Source of the DNA: Aciduliprofundum sp.
GTDB taxonomy: Archaea > Thermoplasmatota > Thermoplasmata > Thermoplasmatales > ARK-15
Direction of reading: 5' to 3'
DNA length: 35,168 nt
NCBI GenBank assembly: GCA_002878135.1
Contig: PNIT01000043.1
Coordinates: 1-35,168 of the forward strand
Shown here piece by piece: positions 8,607 through 18,562 of this stretch. How positions within the stretch are numbered: the stretch's first letter is position 1; each line of letters begins with the position of its first letter. Below the pieces are notes generated by a model, which was not told where the DNA came from, ran no database searches, and worked only from the letters and a program-made list of their open reading frames with translations. Made by a program: the position numbers and the translations under genes.

Positions 8607-9832
8607 TCCTCAAACTCACCCAGAAGATATAGAGATCCCGTCACAAGGATAAAATCTGAGATCTCATATGCCCTTTTGAATGCACCCGATGATTCCTTGA
8701 TGCATTCAACGCTTTTAGTATATTTCTTTGCCTCCTCCGCGAGTATTTCAGCCTCCTTCCTCCTCTCATCCTTTACCTCAGTTACAATCATATGGTCACT
8801 TATCCTAGATATCTCCTTTAGAAATGCGGAATAGTTCTTATCCTTCAGCTGTGTTACCACCACTACAGGCTTCCTCAGGAATAGCTCCTCTATGGTATTT
8901 GAAAGGTTTCTCGCAGCCTCTGGATTGTGAGCAGCATCCGTTAGAACCAGGGGTGTTCTTGATTTTACCTCAAGCCTCCCAGGAAATCTTACGTTTGATA
9001 TGTACCTGTAATCAAGCTCGGGATCGAATATCTGGGCCATCTTGATGGCCATCAGTGCATTTTTTATCTGATGCCTTCCTATGAGTGGTATGTTTACCCA
9101 GTAATCATTATTTTCATCCCTGGCATGGAAATATGTACCATCAAGGGATATTGATGAAAAAGTAACATCGAATATATCGTTCACATTGTAGATCTTTGAT
9201 TTCCTGGATTCCGCCACCTCCCTGATTACCCTGAGCGCCCCCTCGTGCTCAACACCCACCACAACCGGAACACCTTCCTTTATTATGCCAGCCTTTTCAT
9301 AGGCAATCTTCTCATGTGTATCCCCAAGCTTATCCGTGTGCTCGAGTGAAACTGTTACTATACCCGTAACATCAGGCCTTATTATGTTGGTCGAATCAAG
9401 CCTTCCGCCCATACCTACCTCAACCACGGCAACATCCACACCCGTCTTTCTGAAGTAATCGAATGCCATTGCTGTTGTTACCTCGAAGAATGTGGGCTGC
9501 CTGTTCCTTTTTCCCATATCCTCTATTATTTTCCTCTTATCCCTCACCCATTCCACGATGAAATCATCATCTATCTCCCTATCATTAACTATTATCCTTT
9601 CATTGAACCTCCTTATATGGGGGCTTGTGTATAGACCTGCAGAATACTTCTGCCTTACTATGGAATAAAGCATGGCGCTGGTGGATCCCTTACCATTGGT
9701 CCCTGTTATGTGTGCACTTCTGAATGCATTCTGTGGATCACCAATGAGGTGTGAGAACTCAAGCATGACATCTAGACCCAGCTTTATACCGAACCTGGAG
9801 AGAGAATACAAGTATTCTATTTCCTGTACCAT
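8588..9832 (-). CDS. folC: Folylpolyglutamate/dihydrofolate synthase
   Basis: HITGTNGKGS, YTSPH, TFFE, EVGMGGRLDSTN, DAAHNP, TGSLYL. Confidence 0.95.
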   Translation of the reverse strand: MVQEIEYLYSLSRFGIKLGLDVMLEFSHLIGDPQNAFRSAHITGTNGKGSTSAMLYSIVRQKYSAGLYTSPHIRRFNERIIVNDREIDDDFIVEWVRDKRKIIEDMGKRNRQPTFFEVTTAMAFDYFRKTGVDVAVVEVGMGGRLDSTNIIRPDVTGIVTVSLEHTDKLGDTHEKIAYEKAGIIKEGVPVVVGVEHEGALRVIREVAESRKSKIYNVNDIFDVTFSSISLDGTYFHARDENNDYWVNIPLIGRHQIKNALMAIKMAQIFDPELDYRYISNVRFPGRLEVKSRTPLVLTDAAHNPEAARNLSNTIEELFLRKPVVVVTQLKDKNYSAFLKEISRISDHMIVTEVKDERRKEAEILAEEAKKYTKSVECIKESSGAFKRAYEISDFILVTGSLYLLGEFEEWLEKR

Positions 9833-11187
9833 ATCTGTCCTTCCTGCATATCCTCCACGTTGATATTATTTTCCCTCAGCTTTTCCCTTATGTAATCCGA
9901 TATATCGTAAAGCTTCCTTTCCCTTGCCATCTTCCTTATGGATAGTATGAGCTCTATTATCCTTTCCTCTGCAACCCTTCCTGATGGTATTATCTTTAGA
10001 ATTGAATCAATGTCATTGAAGAATTTTATTGATTCTTCTATATCCCCCATACCCATTCCATCCATATTCTTATTTATGAAATTCACGAAGAGCTGGATTG
10101 CGGATATTGCCTCCGGTGTATTGAAATCATCATCCATGGCATCCTCGAACATCCTCCTGTATTTCCTTATATCATCAATGAAACTCTCACCCTCTTTCGA
10201 TTCCTTCTTCAGGATCTTCCTGTATGCAATGACTATCTTCTCCCAGCTCTGCCTTATCTCATCAATCCTCTCATAGCTGAAATCAACAGGTGATCTGTAA
10301 TGGCTAGATAGAAGGAAATACCTGAGAAGCTCTGGCTCAACATTTTTAAGTATTTCCCTTATGTTTATCACATTCCCCATGGATTTGCCCATCCTCTCCT
10401 GCCTTATGGTGAGCAGGCCAGTGTGCATCCAGTAGTTAACCATGGGTTTCTTCCCGCTAACCGCCTCCATCTGGGCTATCTCGCATTCATGGTGTGGGAA
10501 TATAAGGTCAGATCCACCTCCATGAATATCGTACTGTGGACCAAAGTAGTATTCCGTTATTGCCGTATCCTCAATGTGCCAGCCAGGCCTGCCTTCACCC
10601 CAGGGGGATTCCCAGAATGGTTCGCCCTCCTTCCTCTTCTTCCAGAGGGCAAAATCCGCCGGGTGTCTCTTATTCTCATTAACCTCCACCCTGGCACCTG
10701 CCCTTATCATATCAAGTGATTGATGAGATAGTTTTCCATATTCTCTGAATCTTGATACATCATAATAAACACCATCATCCGTCTCATATGCGTATCCCAG
10801 GTCATAGAGTCTTTGTATCTGATCAATAATTCTATCTATAAAGTATGTTGCAGGTGCATATATGTTCACGGAATCTACCCTGAGGGATCTCATATCATTA
10901 AAATAGTGGAGCATGAACTCAAGGGATATATCAAGGGGATCCCTTTTTTCATTCCTTCCCCTGTTGATTATTTTATCATCTATGTCCGTGATGTTCTGGA
11001 GATAAAAAACATGGTAACCCTTGTACCTGAGATAGGAGGCCATTGTATCAAAGAATACATAGGTTCTTGCATGCCCTATGTGAGAGTAATCATACACTGT
11101 GGGACCGCACACGAAAAGCTTTACCCTCCTTCCTTCCATGGGCAGGAATTCCTTCTTTTCCCTGGAAAGGGTGTCATAAATTTTCAT
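9817..11187 (-). CDS. cysS: Cysteine--tRNA ligase
   Basis: CGPTVYD, HIGH, NITDIDDKII, DFALWK, GRPGWH, DLIFPHHE, KMSKS variant RMGKS. The start is placed at MKIYDTL (11187). Confidence 0.96.
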   Translation of the reverse strand: MKIYDTLSREKKEFLPMEGRRVKLFVCGPTVYDYSHIGHARTYVFFDTMASYLRYKGYHVFYLQNITDIDDKIINRGRNEKRDPLDISLEFMLHYFNDMRSLRVDSVNIYAPATYFIDRIIDQIQRLYDLGYAYETDDGVYYDVSRFREYGKLSHQSLDMIRAGARVEVNENKRHPADFALWKKRKEGEPFWESPWGEGRPGWHIEDTAITEYYFGPQYDIHGGGSDLIFPHHECEIAQMEAVSGKKPMVNYWMHTGLLTIRQERMGKSMGNVINIREILKNVEPELLRYFLLSSHYRSPVDFSYERIDEIRQSWEKIVIAYRKILKKESKEGESFIDDIRKYRRMFEDAMDDDFNTPEAISAIQLFVNFINKNMDGMGMGDIEESIKFFNDIDSILKIIPSGRVAEERIIELILSIRKMARERKLYDISDYIREKLRENNINVEDMQEGQIWYRK

Positions 11188-11256
11188 AGGTGAGGATAAA
11201 AATTTTAAATATATAAAGGATGAGAAACATTTTTCATTCAAATATAATATGGTGAA

Positions 11257-11724
11257 ATGATGAAATTTGTTACCGACCACATGCTCGGCAGGCTTGCCAG
11301 ATATTTAAGGCTCCTTGGTTATGATACATTCTATCCTGAAAAGCCGCTGGACGATGATTCAATAATTGATATAGCAAGGAGCCAGGAAAGGGTACTACTC
11401 TCAAGGGATAGGGTTTTATGTTCAAGGTACAGTAACTCACTCCTCATAAAATCTGAAAACTACCTGGAACAGCTGAAGGAGGTAATAGATAGATTCAATC
11501 TTGATGGAAAAATGATGCTGAGCAGGTGCAGTGTATGCAATACCCCCCTTGAAAAAATAGAAAAGGAGAAGGTAAAGGGCAGAGTTCCTGAGAATGTATT
11601 CCTGAACCATGAGGAATTTTACATATGCCCCGGCTGTGGCAGGATCTACTGGATGGGATCACACACAAAAAGAATAATAGAGACGCTTGAAGAGGTGCTT
11701 GGATTTGAAGGTAGAGGAGATTAG
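11257..11724 (+). CDS. Mut7-C RNase domain protein (PIN-like plus zinc ribbon)
   Basis: KFVTDHMLGRLARYLRLLGYD, LLSRD, RCSVCN, CPGCGRIYWMGSH. Confidence 0.9.
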   Translation: MMKFVTDHMLGRLARYLRLLGYDTFYPEKPLDDDSIIDIARSQERVLLSRDRVLCSRYSNSLLIKSENYLEQLKEVIDRFNLDGKMMLSRCSVCNTPLEKIEKEKVKGRVPENVFLNHEEFYICPGCGRIYWMGSHTKRIIETLEEVLGFEGRGD

Positions 11725-12724
11725 GGAGGATGAAGGATACCTGAAACTTAGGATAACAAATCTTGATGATCTCTGGCTCCTGGGGAACATCATTGAAAGG
11801 GGTGATACTGTCCTTGGTACAACCTTCAGGAAGGGTGATGAGAGGAATGATACTGTTAGATCCAAGAAGAGTGAGAGGATAAGGATAAACGTTGGTATAG
11901 AGGTGGAGGAGGTGGAGTTTCAGGAGTTCACTGATAGACTCAGGGTAAGGGGGAGGATAATCATAGGTCCAGAGGAATACCTGGGCCACTATCAGAGCCT
12001 CAACTTCTCTGTAGGGGATACAGTGGAGATTATTAAAAAATATATCTCAAGAACGCTTGTTGAGGAGATAGAAAAATCTGAGAAAAGGAGCATACAGGCT
12101 TTATTCGTTTCAATGGATGATGAGAGTGCAACTGTGGCTATGCTCAGGGACTATGGTATACAGATACTTGCAGAGATAAGGCTCTCAAAGCCATCCAAGG
12201 AGATGGAAGATGGTGAAACTGATTACGGTGAAATAATTGAGAAGATTTCACAGTACTGGAAGGAGGGTATGCCAATATTTCTGACAGGTCCTGGATTCTT
12301 CAAGGAGAATTTCCTTAAAAAGATAAATGATCAGTCCCTTAGATCATCCATCATACCCGTTGATACCTCATATGCGGGTGAAAGGGGTATCTATGAGGCT
12401 CTAAGATCAGGTGCGATGGACAGGATTCTAAGGGATTACAGGCTCAGGGAGGAGATAGATTACGTATCAATGCTCCTGGATGAGATTGGAAGGGAAGGAA
12501 GGTATGCGTACGGTTTTGATGAGGTAAAAAAATATGCGGAGATGGGTGCTGTGGATACACTTCTAATACTTGATACTAAATTGAAGCATGAAGATTACAA
12601 ACAGGTGATGAGGACTGTTGAGAACATGGGTGGTAAGATCGTTATAATAAGCTCACATCATGAGTACGGAAGGATGCTATCAAATCTTGGGGGTATTGGC
12701 GCTATCCTCAGGTATAAGACTTAA
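11705..12724 (+). CDS. pelA: mRNA surveillance / ribosome rescue protein pelota
   Basis: DDLWLL...[41 protein letters not shown] start at 11705 follows GAGGTG. Confidence 0.93.
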   Translation: MKVEEIREDEGYLKLRITNLDDLWLLGNIIERGDTVLGTTFRKGDERNDTVRSKKSERIRINVGIEVEEVEFQEFTDRLRVRGRIIIGPEEYLGHYQSLNFSVGDTVEIIKKYISRTLVEEIEKSEKRSIQALFVSMDDESATVAMLRDYGIQILAEIRLSKPSKEMEDGETDYGEIIEKISQYWKEGMPIFLTGPGFFKENFLKKINDQSLRSSIIPVDTSYAGERGIYEALRSGAMDRILRDYRLREEIDYVSMLLDEIGREGRYAYGFDEVKKYAEMGAVDTLLILDTKLKHEDYKQVMRTVENMGGKIVIISSHHEYGRMLSNLGGIGAILRYKT

Positions 12725-13680
12725 CCGTCCCTAACACCCTCCGAATTTATCACTATCACCACCTCCCCTTCAGGCAGTGATGGTGAATCTATGAGCCTCG
12801 CTATCCTCTTGTCGCCCTTGGACCTTCTCAGGGATATTCTGAATGTGGCAGTATGGCCAACAATGTTTCCTCCAATTGGCTGGTTTGGATCGCCAAAGAA
12901 TATATCCGGCCTTGCTGAAACCTGGTTTGTCACTGCCACAACAGCATTGTATATGTCTGCAAACCTGAGGAGATCATGCATGTGCCTGTTGAGCATCTGC
13001 TGCCTCTCGGCCAGAGCACCCCTTCCTGTGTACTCAACCCTGAAGTGAGCTGTGAGAGAATCAACAGCAATGAGCCGTATGGGATGCTGCTTTGCTGTCT
13101 CAAATGCCTTTTCAACAAGTAGCATCTGATGGCTTGAGTTGTACGCCCTTGCCACATGGATCTTTTTAAGAACCTCCTTTGGATCAAGATTAAGTGCAAC
13201 TGCCATCTGTTCTATCCTTTCCGGCCTGAATGTGTTCTCAGTATCTATAAGTATTGCCTCACCGTTTAGACCCTTCCTCTCCTCAGGCATTGTAACATTT
13301 ACCAGGAGCTGGTGTATAAGCTGAGTCTTTCCAGAACCGAATGGCCCGAAGAGTTCTGTGATTGCCTGTGTTTCAAGACCCCCACCTAGAAGATTATCAA
13401 GCGCCTGGGATCCTGTTGTGAGCTTGGATATGTGCTGCCTCCTCTCAAGAACAACATCCCCTGTAACAAAGTTACCAACATCAGCAAACTTCCTTGCTGC
13501 CTCCACTATCTTCTTTGCCTGTGCCTCACCTATCTCTGCGGCAGCGGCAATATCCGCAGGGGGTGTAACTGCAAGTGTAATAAGATCAGTGAAACCCGCA
13601 TCTCTCAATTTCTCTGCTATCGCAGGACCCACGCCCGGTAGGTCCTCAATACTTTCAACCTTCTTTTCCTTTGCCACCAT
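12721..13680 (-). CDS. radA: DNA repair and recombination protein RadA
   Basis: N-terminal Hh[44 protein letters not shown]. No intein. Confidence 0.97.
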   Translation of the reverse strand: MVAKEKKVESIEDLPGVGPAIAEKLRDAGFTDLITLAVTPPADIAAAAEIGEAQAKKIVEAARKFADVGNFVTGDVVLERRQHISKLTTGSQALDNLLGGGLETQAITELFGPFGSGKTQLIHQLLVNVTMPEERKGLNGEAILIDTENTFRPERIEQMAVALNLDPKEVLKKIHVARAYNSSHQMLLVEKAFETAKQHPIRLIAVDSLTAHFRVEYTGRGALAERQQMLNRHMHDLLRFADIYNAVVAVTNQVSARPDIFFGDPNQPIGGNIVGHTATFRISLRRSKGDKRIARLIDSPSLPEGEVVIVINSEGVRDG

Positions 13681-13689
13681 TAAGCACCA

Positions 13690-14694
13690 TCATATACCTT
13701 TTTGCTGGATATACTCTATCAGGTCCACCAACCTGCAGGCATACCCATATTCATTATCGTACCATGCCACCACTTTTATTAAGTTTTCCCCATTGACCTG
13801 AATCAATTCTGCATCAACCACAGCAGAATATGTTGTACCCTTGAAATCTATGGAAACGAGCGGCTCGTATGATATGCCCAGTATTCCCTTCATCCTTCCA
13901 TTTGCGTATTTCTCAAATGCCTTCAGTATCTCCTCCTTTGTTGTACTCTTCTTCACAAGAGCCACAAAATCAACAACACTTACTGTGCTTGTGGGAACCC
14001 TCATGGATATTGCCTCGAACTTACCCTTCATCTCTGGTATAACAACGGCAACGGATTTAGCAGCACCTGTTGATGTTGGTATGATGGACTGCGATGCTGC
14101 CCTCATCCTCCTGAAATCCTTATGTGGGGCATCCTGCAGCCTCTGGTCCATGGTGACTGAATGAACAGTGTTCATGAATGATTTCTCTATTCCAAACTCA
14201 TCATTTATTACCTTAACTATGGGCGTTATGCAATTTGTTGTGCAAGAACCATTGGATATTATCCTGTGCTTCTTGGGATCATATTTTTCCTCATTTACAC
14301 CTAGAACCACCGTGAAATCCTCATTCTTGGCAGGCGCCGATATGATCACCTTCTTTGCACCAGCATTTATGTGTGCAATCGCCTTCTGGCCATCCGTGAA
14401 TTGTCCTGTGGATTCAACAACAATATCTATGTCAAGGTCTTTCCATGGAAGCTTAGATGGATCCTTCTCACTGAATGTATGTGTCCTTTTACCATTCACC
14501 TCAAAATAATTCTCACCACTCTTAACATCCGCATTGAGTGTGCCATAATTACTATCATACTTGAGGAGATGTGCAAGTGACTTTGCATCAACAAGGTCAT
14601 TAACCGCAACAAGCTCTATATCCCTCCTCTCAAGAGCGATCCTGTAGGTTAGCCTCCCTATCCTTCCAAAACCATTGATTGCCACCCTTACCAT
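13690..14694 (-). CDS. gap: Glyceraldehyde-3-phosphate dehydrogenase, class I (bacterial/eukaryotic type)
   Basis: VAINGFGRIGR, LLKYDS, ESTG, ISAP, SCTTNC, IPTSTGAAK, RVPT, WYDNEYGY. ATG at 14694 gives 334 aa. Confidence 0.96.
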   Translation of the reverse strand: MVRVAINGFGRIGRLTYRIALERRDIELVAVNDLVDAKSLAHLLKYDSNYGTLNADVKSGENYFEVNGKRTHTFSEKDPSKLPWKDLDIDIVVESTGQFTDGQKAIAHINAGAKKVIISAPAKNEDFTVVLGVNEEKYDPKKHRIISNGSCTTNCITPIVKVINDEFGIEKSFMNTVHSVTMDQRLQDAPHKDFRRMRAASQSIIPTSTGAAKSVAVVIPEMKGKFEAISMRVPTSTVSVVDFVALVKKSTTKEEILKAFEKYANGRMKGILGISYEPLVSIDFKGTTYSAVVDAELIQVNGENLIKVVAWYDNEYGYACRLVDLIEYIQQKGI

Positions 14695-14722
14695 ATTTTG
14701 CACCCAATCAAGGATATTGCAA

Positions 14723-15376
14723 CTATATATAAAATTCTTCTTTGAAACCAAATTTACCTATCATGGGAACAAATGCCACTGATCCATGGTTCTCCTTAAC
14801 TATCTCCCCCTTTCTCTTGATTACCCTGTAGAGATCCTGGAAATAGTGGCCTCCCACGGGTATCACCATTATTCCACCCTCAGATAGCTGTTCAAGCAGG
14901 ACTTGAGGTATATCAGGCGCCCCGCACGTCACCACAATCCTATCAAAGGGTGCCTCCTCAGGATATCCCTGGGAACCATCACCGTAGACAATTCTTATAT
15001 TCTCTGAATGTGGGCATCTCTTTATGTTCTCCTGAGCTATGTAATAAAGTGATTTCAACCTCTCAATGGTAATCACCCTGCCAGGATATGCGAGGTATTC
15101 CATTAGACAGGCGTTATATCCAGATCCTGTACCTATCTCAAGAACCTTCATGCCTCTCCTTATGTCCAGGAGCTCAAGCATAATCGCCACCATATGCGGC
15201 GCGGATATTGTTTGATCCTCACCTATTGGGAGGGGCTCATCAATATATGCCTCTTCCCTGTATATGTAGGGTACAAAATCCTTCCTGTCTATGGTGAGCA
15301 TGGCCTCCCTCACAGACTCGCTCCTTATGAAACCCTCCCTGATGAGTTCCTTCACAAGTTCCTCAAGGTTCTTCAT
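14723..15376 (-). CDS. pcm: Protein-L-isoaspartate O-methyltransferase
   Basis: QTISAPHMVA, VLEIGTGSGY, GDGSQG, APFDRI, VAFVPM. Confidence 0.95.
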   Translation of the reverse strand: MKNLEELVKELIREGFIRSESVREAMLTIDRKDFVPYIYREEAYIDEPLPIGEDQTISAPHMVAIMLELLDIRRGMKVLEIGTGSGYNACLMEYLAYPGRVITIERLKSLYYIAQENIKRCPHSENIRIVYGDGSQGYPEEAPFDRIVVTCGAPDIPQVLLEQLSEGGIMVIPVGGHYFQDLYRVIKRKGEIVKENHGSVAFVPMIGKFGFKEEFYI

Positions 15377-15891
15377 CTCTTCTTCAACTCATATACATAA
15401 ATGCTGTGAAAGAAAAAATTTTTTCTATCCAGCATCCTGAATTCATAATTATTGAATCTTTCCTTCATTCTTTCAACATTGTTGTAGGAACTAAGGATGA
15501 TGAATATTGAACCCTCATTTTTCAAATGTGCATACGCATCCTTAAGGAATCTATAAATGACCTCCTCTCCTTCCCTACCCCCGTATATGGCAACATCCTC
15601 ATCAGCATCACCGGGAAGGTATGGAGGGTTGAATATGATGGTGTCAAACTCGCCATCCACATCATCAAAGAGATCTGATTTTATAACCCTTACATCTATT
15701 TTCTCCCTTTCAACCACATCCTTCATATGCTCAATTGCATCATCATCAATATCCGTGGCCGTGACATCGTATCCCATCCTTGCAAGTGAGAATGATATGT
15801 ATCCCGACCCTGCACCTATCTCTAGTATCCTTCCCCTGGGCCTTACATGATCGAGGAGGAAGAGTGTGTCCTCTTCTACCCTGTAATACAT
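15373..15891 (-). CDS. HemK/PrmC-like SAM-dependent methyltransferase
   Basis: EDTLFL, LEIGAGSG, SDLF, NPPY. The start is at MYYRVEE (15891), since the longer track ORF overlaps the divergent gene. Confidence 0.88.
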   Translation of the reverse strand: MYYRVEEDTLFLLDHVRPRGRILEIGAGSGYISFSLARMGYDVTATDIDDDAIEHMKDVVEREKIDVRVIKSDLFDDVDGEFDTIIFNPPYLPGDADEDVAIYGGREGEEVIYRFLKDAYAHLKNEGSIFIILSSYNNVERMKERFNNYEFRMLDRKNFFFHSIYVYELKKR

Positions 15892-15926
15892 AAAGTTTAA
15901 ATAAATGAAACCTCTATTTAACACTT
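15892..15926. promoter_or_regulatory. 35-bp bidirectional promoter with two interleaved TATA boxes
   Basis: Plus-strand TTTAAATA (15896-15903) lies 23 nt before GTG 15927. Minus-strand TTAAATA (15921-15915) lies 23 nt before ATG 15891. Confidence 0.6.
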
Positions 15927-16565
15927 GTGAACTACATAAAATACCACGGCCATTCCTGCTTCGAGGTGGGAGGTTCGCTTGTGATACTTTTCGATCCCCA
16001 CGATGGAAAGAGCATAGGCCTACCTGTCCCTGATGCAAGGGCAGATTTTGTTTTCATCACGCACGAACATTTTGACCACAATGCAGTCCATGTTGTCAGG
16101 GGTCTCCCAAAGGTTGTAAGGGATGATTGCAATGGAATTTTCAAAAATTTGAAGTATCAGTGCGTCATGGATTATCATGATGAGAGTGGCGGTGCTGAAA
16201 GGGGAATGGTAAGGATATTCAGGGTAGAGCTTGATGGAATAAGCTTTGCTCACCTGGGTGACCTTGGCCGCATACCAGACAGGGAAAAAATTGATTTCAT
16301 TAAAAATGTGGATTTCCTTTTCATTCCGGTGGGCTCCGTTTATACAATAGATTCATCCAAGGCCTTTGAGATTGTTAAGATGGTGGAACCAAGGATAACC
16401 GTACCAATGCACTTCAGTACAAAGGGTCTTAAGCTCAATCTTGAGCCCGTTGAAAATTTCCTCAAGCACTTCGAAAAGGAAAAGGTGAAGAAACAGGGAA
16501 GGGAGAAGAGATTCAACAGGGATGAACTTCCAAAGGAAAAAGAGGTATGGGTATTCTCACTTTGA
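15927..16565 (+). CDS. MBL-fold metallo-hydrolase
   Basis: GHSCF, FDP, THEHFDH, HLGDLG, IPVG, PMHF. Confidence 0.9.
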   Translation: MNYIKYHGHSCFEVGGSLVILFDPHDGKSIGLPVPDARADFVFITHEHFDHNAVHVVRGLPKVVRDDCNGIFKNLKYQCVMDYHDESGGAERGMVRIFRVELDGISFAHLGDLGRIPDREKIDFIKNVDFLFIPVGSVYTIDSSKAFEIVKMVEPRITVPMHFSTKGLKLNLEPVENFLKHFEKEKVKKQGREKRFNRDELPKEKEVWVFSL

Positions 16566-17216
16566 TGCTATTGCATCCTCAATCTCGAATACCTCTATTG
16601 GTGTGCTGAGATCACCCACAAGCGCGCCCTTTGAATTTGCGATCATAGATGCACCTATGTAAATGGATCCAAAATTTGCTGTGGTAAGATGTACAGGTAA
16701 CCTGAATAGATCCTGCAAAAATTTTATCTCCTTCTCATCCACCTGCGGATTCACAAGAAGTGCATTCTTTGTAACAACAGCCACAGATCCCACAGTTTTA
16801 ATACCACCTATCATACCCTTAACAACCTCTACGTCAAGGGCCTCCCCTATATATCTGATCGTCTCATTTTCAAAATCCGGATGTACAAGGGCTACCCTGT
16901 CGCTTGCAAGTATATCATTCCCAACAGCATTTATCTTATCATTAATAAAAAGTATGTTATAATCATCCTTCATAAAATGTAGATCCTCAAGTTCACCGAA
17001 ATCAGCCACAACAGCTCCCTTGGAGTTCATCACCATTAGGCTGCCTAGGAGAGGAGAGCCACCTATGAAGGTTTTATGCACATCAACATCCAGTGCCCTC
17101 TTCACAAGTTTTTCCTCATCTGGTGTTGAATCCTTTGGTATTATGGCCATTGATTCATTGCATACTGAAAAAACTCCCACGTAGGGACTGTTGTGCAACC
17201 TTCCTTTTAAAAGCAT
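16557..17216 (-). CDS. eif6: Translation initiation factor aIF6
   Basis: SPYVGVF, NSKG repeats, GNDIL, TVGS, TANFG; located after L39e-L31e. Confidence 0.92.
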   Translation of the reverse strand: MLLKGRLHNSPYVGVFSVCNESMAIIPKDSTPDEEKLVKRALDVDVHKTFIGGSPLLGSLMVMNSKGAVVADFGELEDLHFMKDDYNILFINDKINAVGNDILASDRVALVHPDFENETIRYIGEALDVEVVKGMIGGIKTVGSVAVVTKNALLVNPQVDEKEIKFLQDLFRLPVHLTTANFGSIYIGASMIANSKGALVGDLSTPIEVFEIEDAIASK

Positions 17217-17227
17217 TCTCTTCCTAC

Positions 17228-17488
17228 CTACGCAGCATATACCTCCGCTGTGTTCTCCTCAGGATATTTGACCACCTTAACCGATATCCTGGAGGGTGGC
17301 TTTTCTATGCCCCTCTTCCATATTACCTCGTTGAGCTTCGGGTCTATCCATACATTCTCCAGGGGTATCTTGAGATGTTTTGAAACATGCAGCTCTATCA
17401 ATTTTATGGCGACGTTTGATCTTCTTCTCCTTGAAACAAGCTTCAATCTCCTCAGGGGTATGTTCATTATAATCTCATTATCTGCCAT
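17228..17488 (-). CDS. rpl31e: 50S ribosomal protein L31e
   Basis: IPLR...IDPKLNEVIWKRGIEKPPSRISV. ATG at 17488 follows GAGGTGA. Confidence 0.95.
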   Translation of the reverse strand: MADNEIIMNIPLRRLKLVSRRRRSNVAIKLIELHVSKHLKIPLENVWIDPKLNEVIWKRGIEKPPSRISVKVVKYPEENTAEVYAA

Positions 17489-17498
17489 TGTTATCACC

Positions 17499-17654
17499 TC
17501 ATACCTTCAGTGAGTTTCTCCTCCAGTTCCTCCTGTGGGGATGTGTGACAAATTTTCTATCTGTCCTTATCATTACCCATCCCGGTACCCTTCTGTTCGT
17601 CCTCATATGCCTGATCAACCTAAACTTCCTTGCCACATGTTTATTTCTTGCCAT
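17499..17654 (-). CDS. rpl39e: 50S ribosomal protein L39e (not in ORF track)
   Basis: Manual translation: [51 protein letters not shown] (51 aa). Confidence 0.95.
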   Translation of the reverse strand: MARNKHVARKFRLIRHMRTNRRVPGWVMIRTDRKFVTHPHRRNWRRNSLKV

Positions 17655-17659
17655 CCTTT

Positions 17660-17995
17660 TCATCTCCTTTCAATCTTTATATCCCTCTTACCCTCACTCA
17701 GCCTGGCCAGTAGTGTTCTAATCTCATCATCTGTAATCATTCTGTTGAGCCTTCCCGTCTGAGCAAGGTATATTATCTGATTTTCTACAGCCTCCGCAAG
17801 ATCAGGTTTAACGAGCTTTACCCTGTTAAGCCTTTCCCTTGCCTCACTCGTAAGGTACTGCCTCAGGATCCTTAACCTTTCCTCCTGTACCTCCCTCTCC
17901 TTCTGTACCTCCTGCTCTTCCATGGACTGCTGGGCAAGGAGCTGTGCCAATTTTCTTCGCCTTATTTCCTCTAGCTCCCTGTCCTCCTCAGACAT
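17660..17995 (-). CDS. PDCD5-family dsDNA-binding protein
   Basis: [25 protein letters not shown]; conserved position after S19e. Confidence 0.92.
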   Translation of the reverse strand: MSEEDRELEEIRRRKLAQLLAQQSMEEQEVQKEREVQEERLRILRQYLTSEARERLNRVKLVKPDLAEAVENQIIYLAQTGRLNRMITDDEIRTLLARLSEGKRDIKIERR

Positions 17996-18004
17996 ATACT
18001 CACC

Positions 18005-18424
18005 TCAACTACCTTTCTTTACAATTTCCTCTGCAAGCTTATCAAGATATGATCTACCCTTGGGCGAAACTACCCTTCCCTTCTTATTCTTCTCAACATA
18101 TCCAAGTGCCTCAAGCTGCTGGAGACATTTCCTCACTATGGATCTGCTCCCCTTCCATGCATGGTAGGGCTTGGTACCCCTGTCCACCTTTCCACCATAT
18201 TCTGAGGAAAGCCTTGATGTTCCTATGGGGCCCTTTACATAAATCTTCCTGAATACGCTCGCCAGTCTCAGATACCACCAGTCATCATCCACCGGCCCCT
18301 TTTCCCTGTGTATACCAGTCTTTACCCACTTTGCCCATTCCGGAGGCTTTATATCCTCCTTTTTCAGCCTTTCGGCTAATTCTTTCAGGAATTTATCCGG
18401 ATCCACATCATAGACAGTTACCAT
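18005..18424 (-). CDS. rps19e: 30S ribosomal protein S19e
   Basis: TVYDV, PPEWAKWVKTG, WWYLRLAS, GSRSIVRKCLQQLE. Confidence 0.96.
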   Translation of the reverse strand: MVTVYDVDPDKFLKELAERLKKEDIKPPEWAKWVKTGIHREKGPVDDDWWYLRLASVFRKIYVKGPIGTSRLSSEYGGKVDRGTKPYHAWKGSRSIVRKCLQQLEALGYVEKNKKGRVVSPKGRSYLDKLAEEIVKKGS

Positions 18425-18488
18425 GTTTATCGACCTTGAAATTATGAGAAGCTCAATACTGAAGTTATATATGAGTATTTCGCAAAAA

Positions 18489-18561
18489 TGGACCGGCCGG
18501 GATTCGAACCCGGGGCCTTTTGCTTGCGAAGCAAACGATCTACCAACTGATCTACCGGCCC
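18489..18561 (-). tRNA. tRNA-Ala(CGC)
   Basis: GGGCCGGTAGATCAGTTGGTAGATCGTTTGCTTCGCAAGCAAAAGGCCCCGGGTTCGAATCCCGGCCGGTCCA: cloverleaf, G3:U70 pair, anticodon CGC, no intron, CCA not encoded, followed by a T-tract. Confidence 0.97.
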
Positions 18562-18562
18562 A

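Noticed and set aside
18489..18561. Integrated element at tRNA-Ala
   Set aside because: No integrase and no duplicated tRNA 3' end were seen, and the flanks are housekeeping genes.
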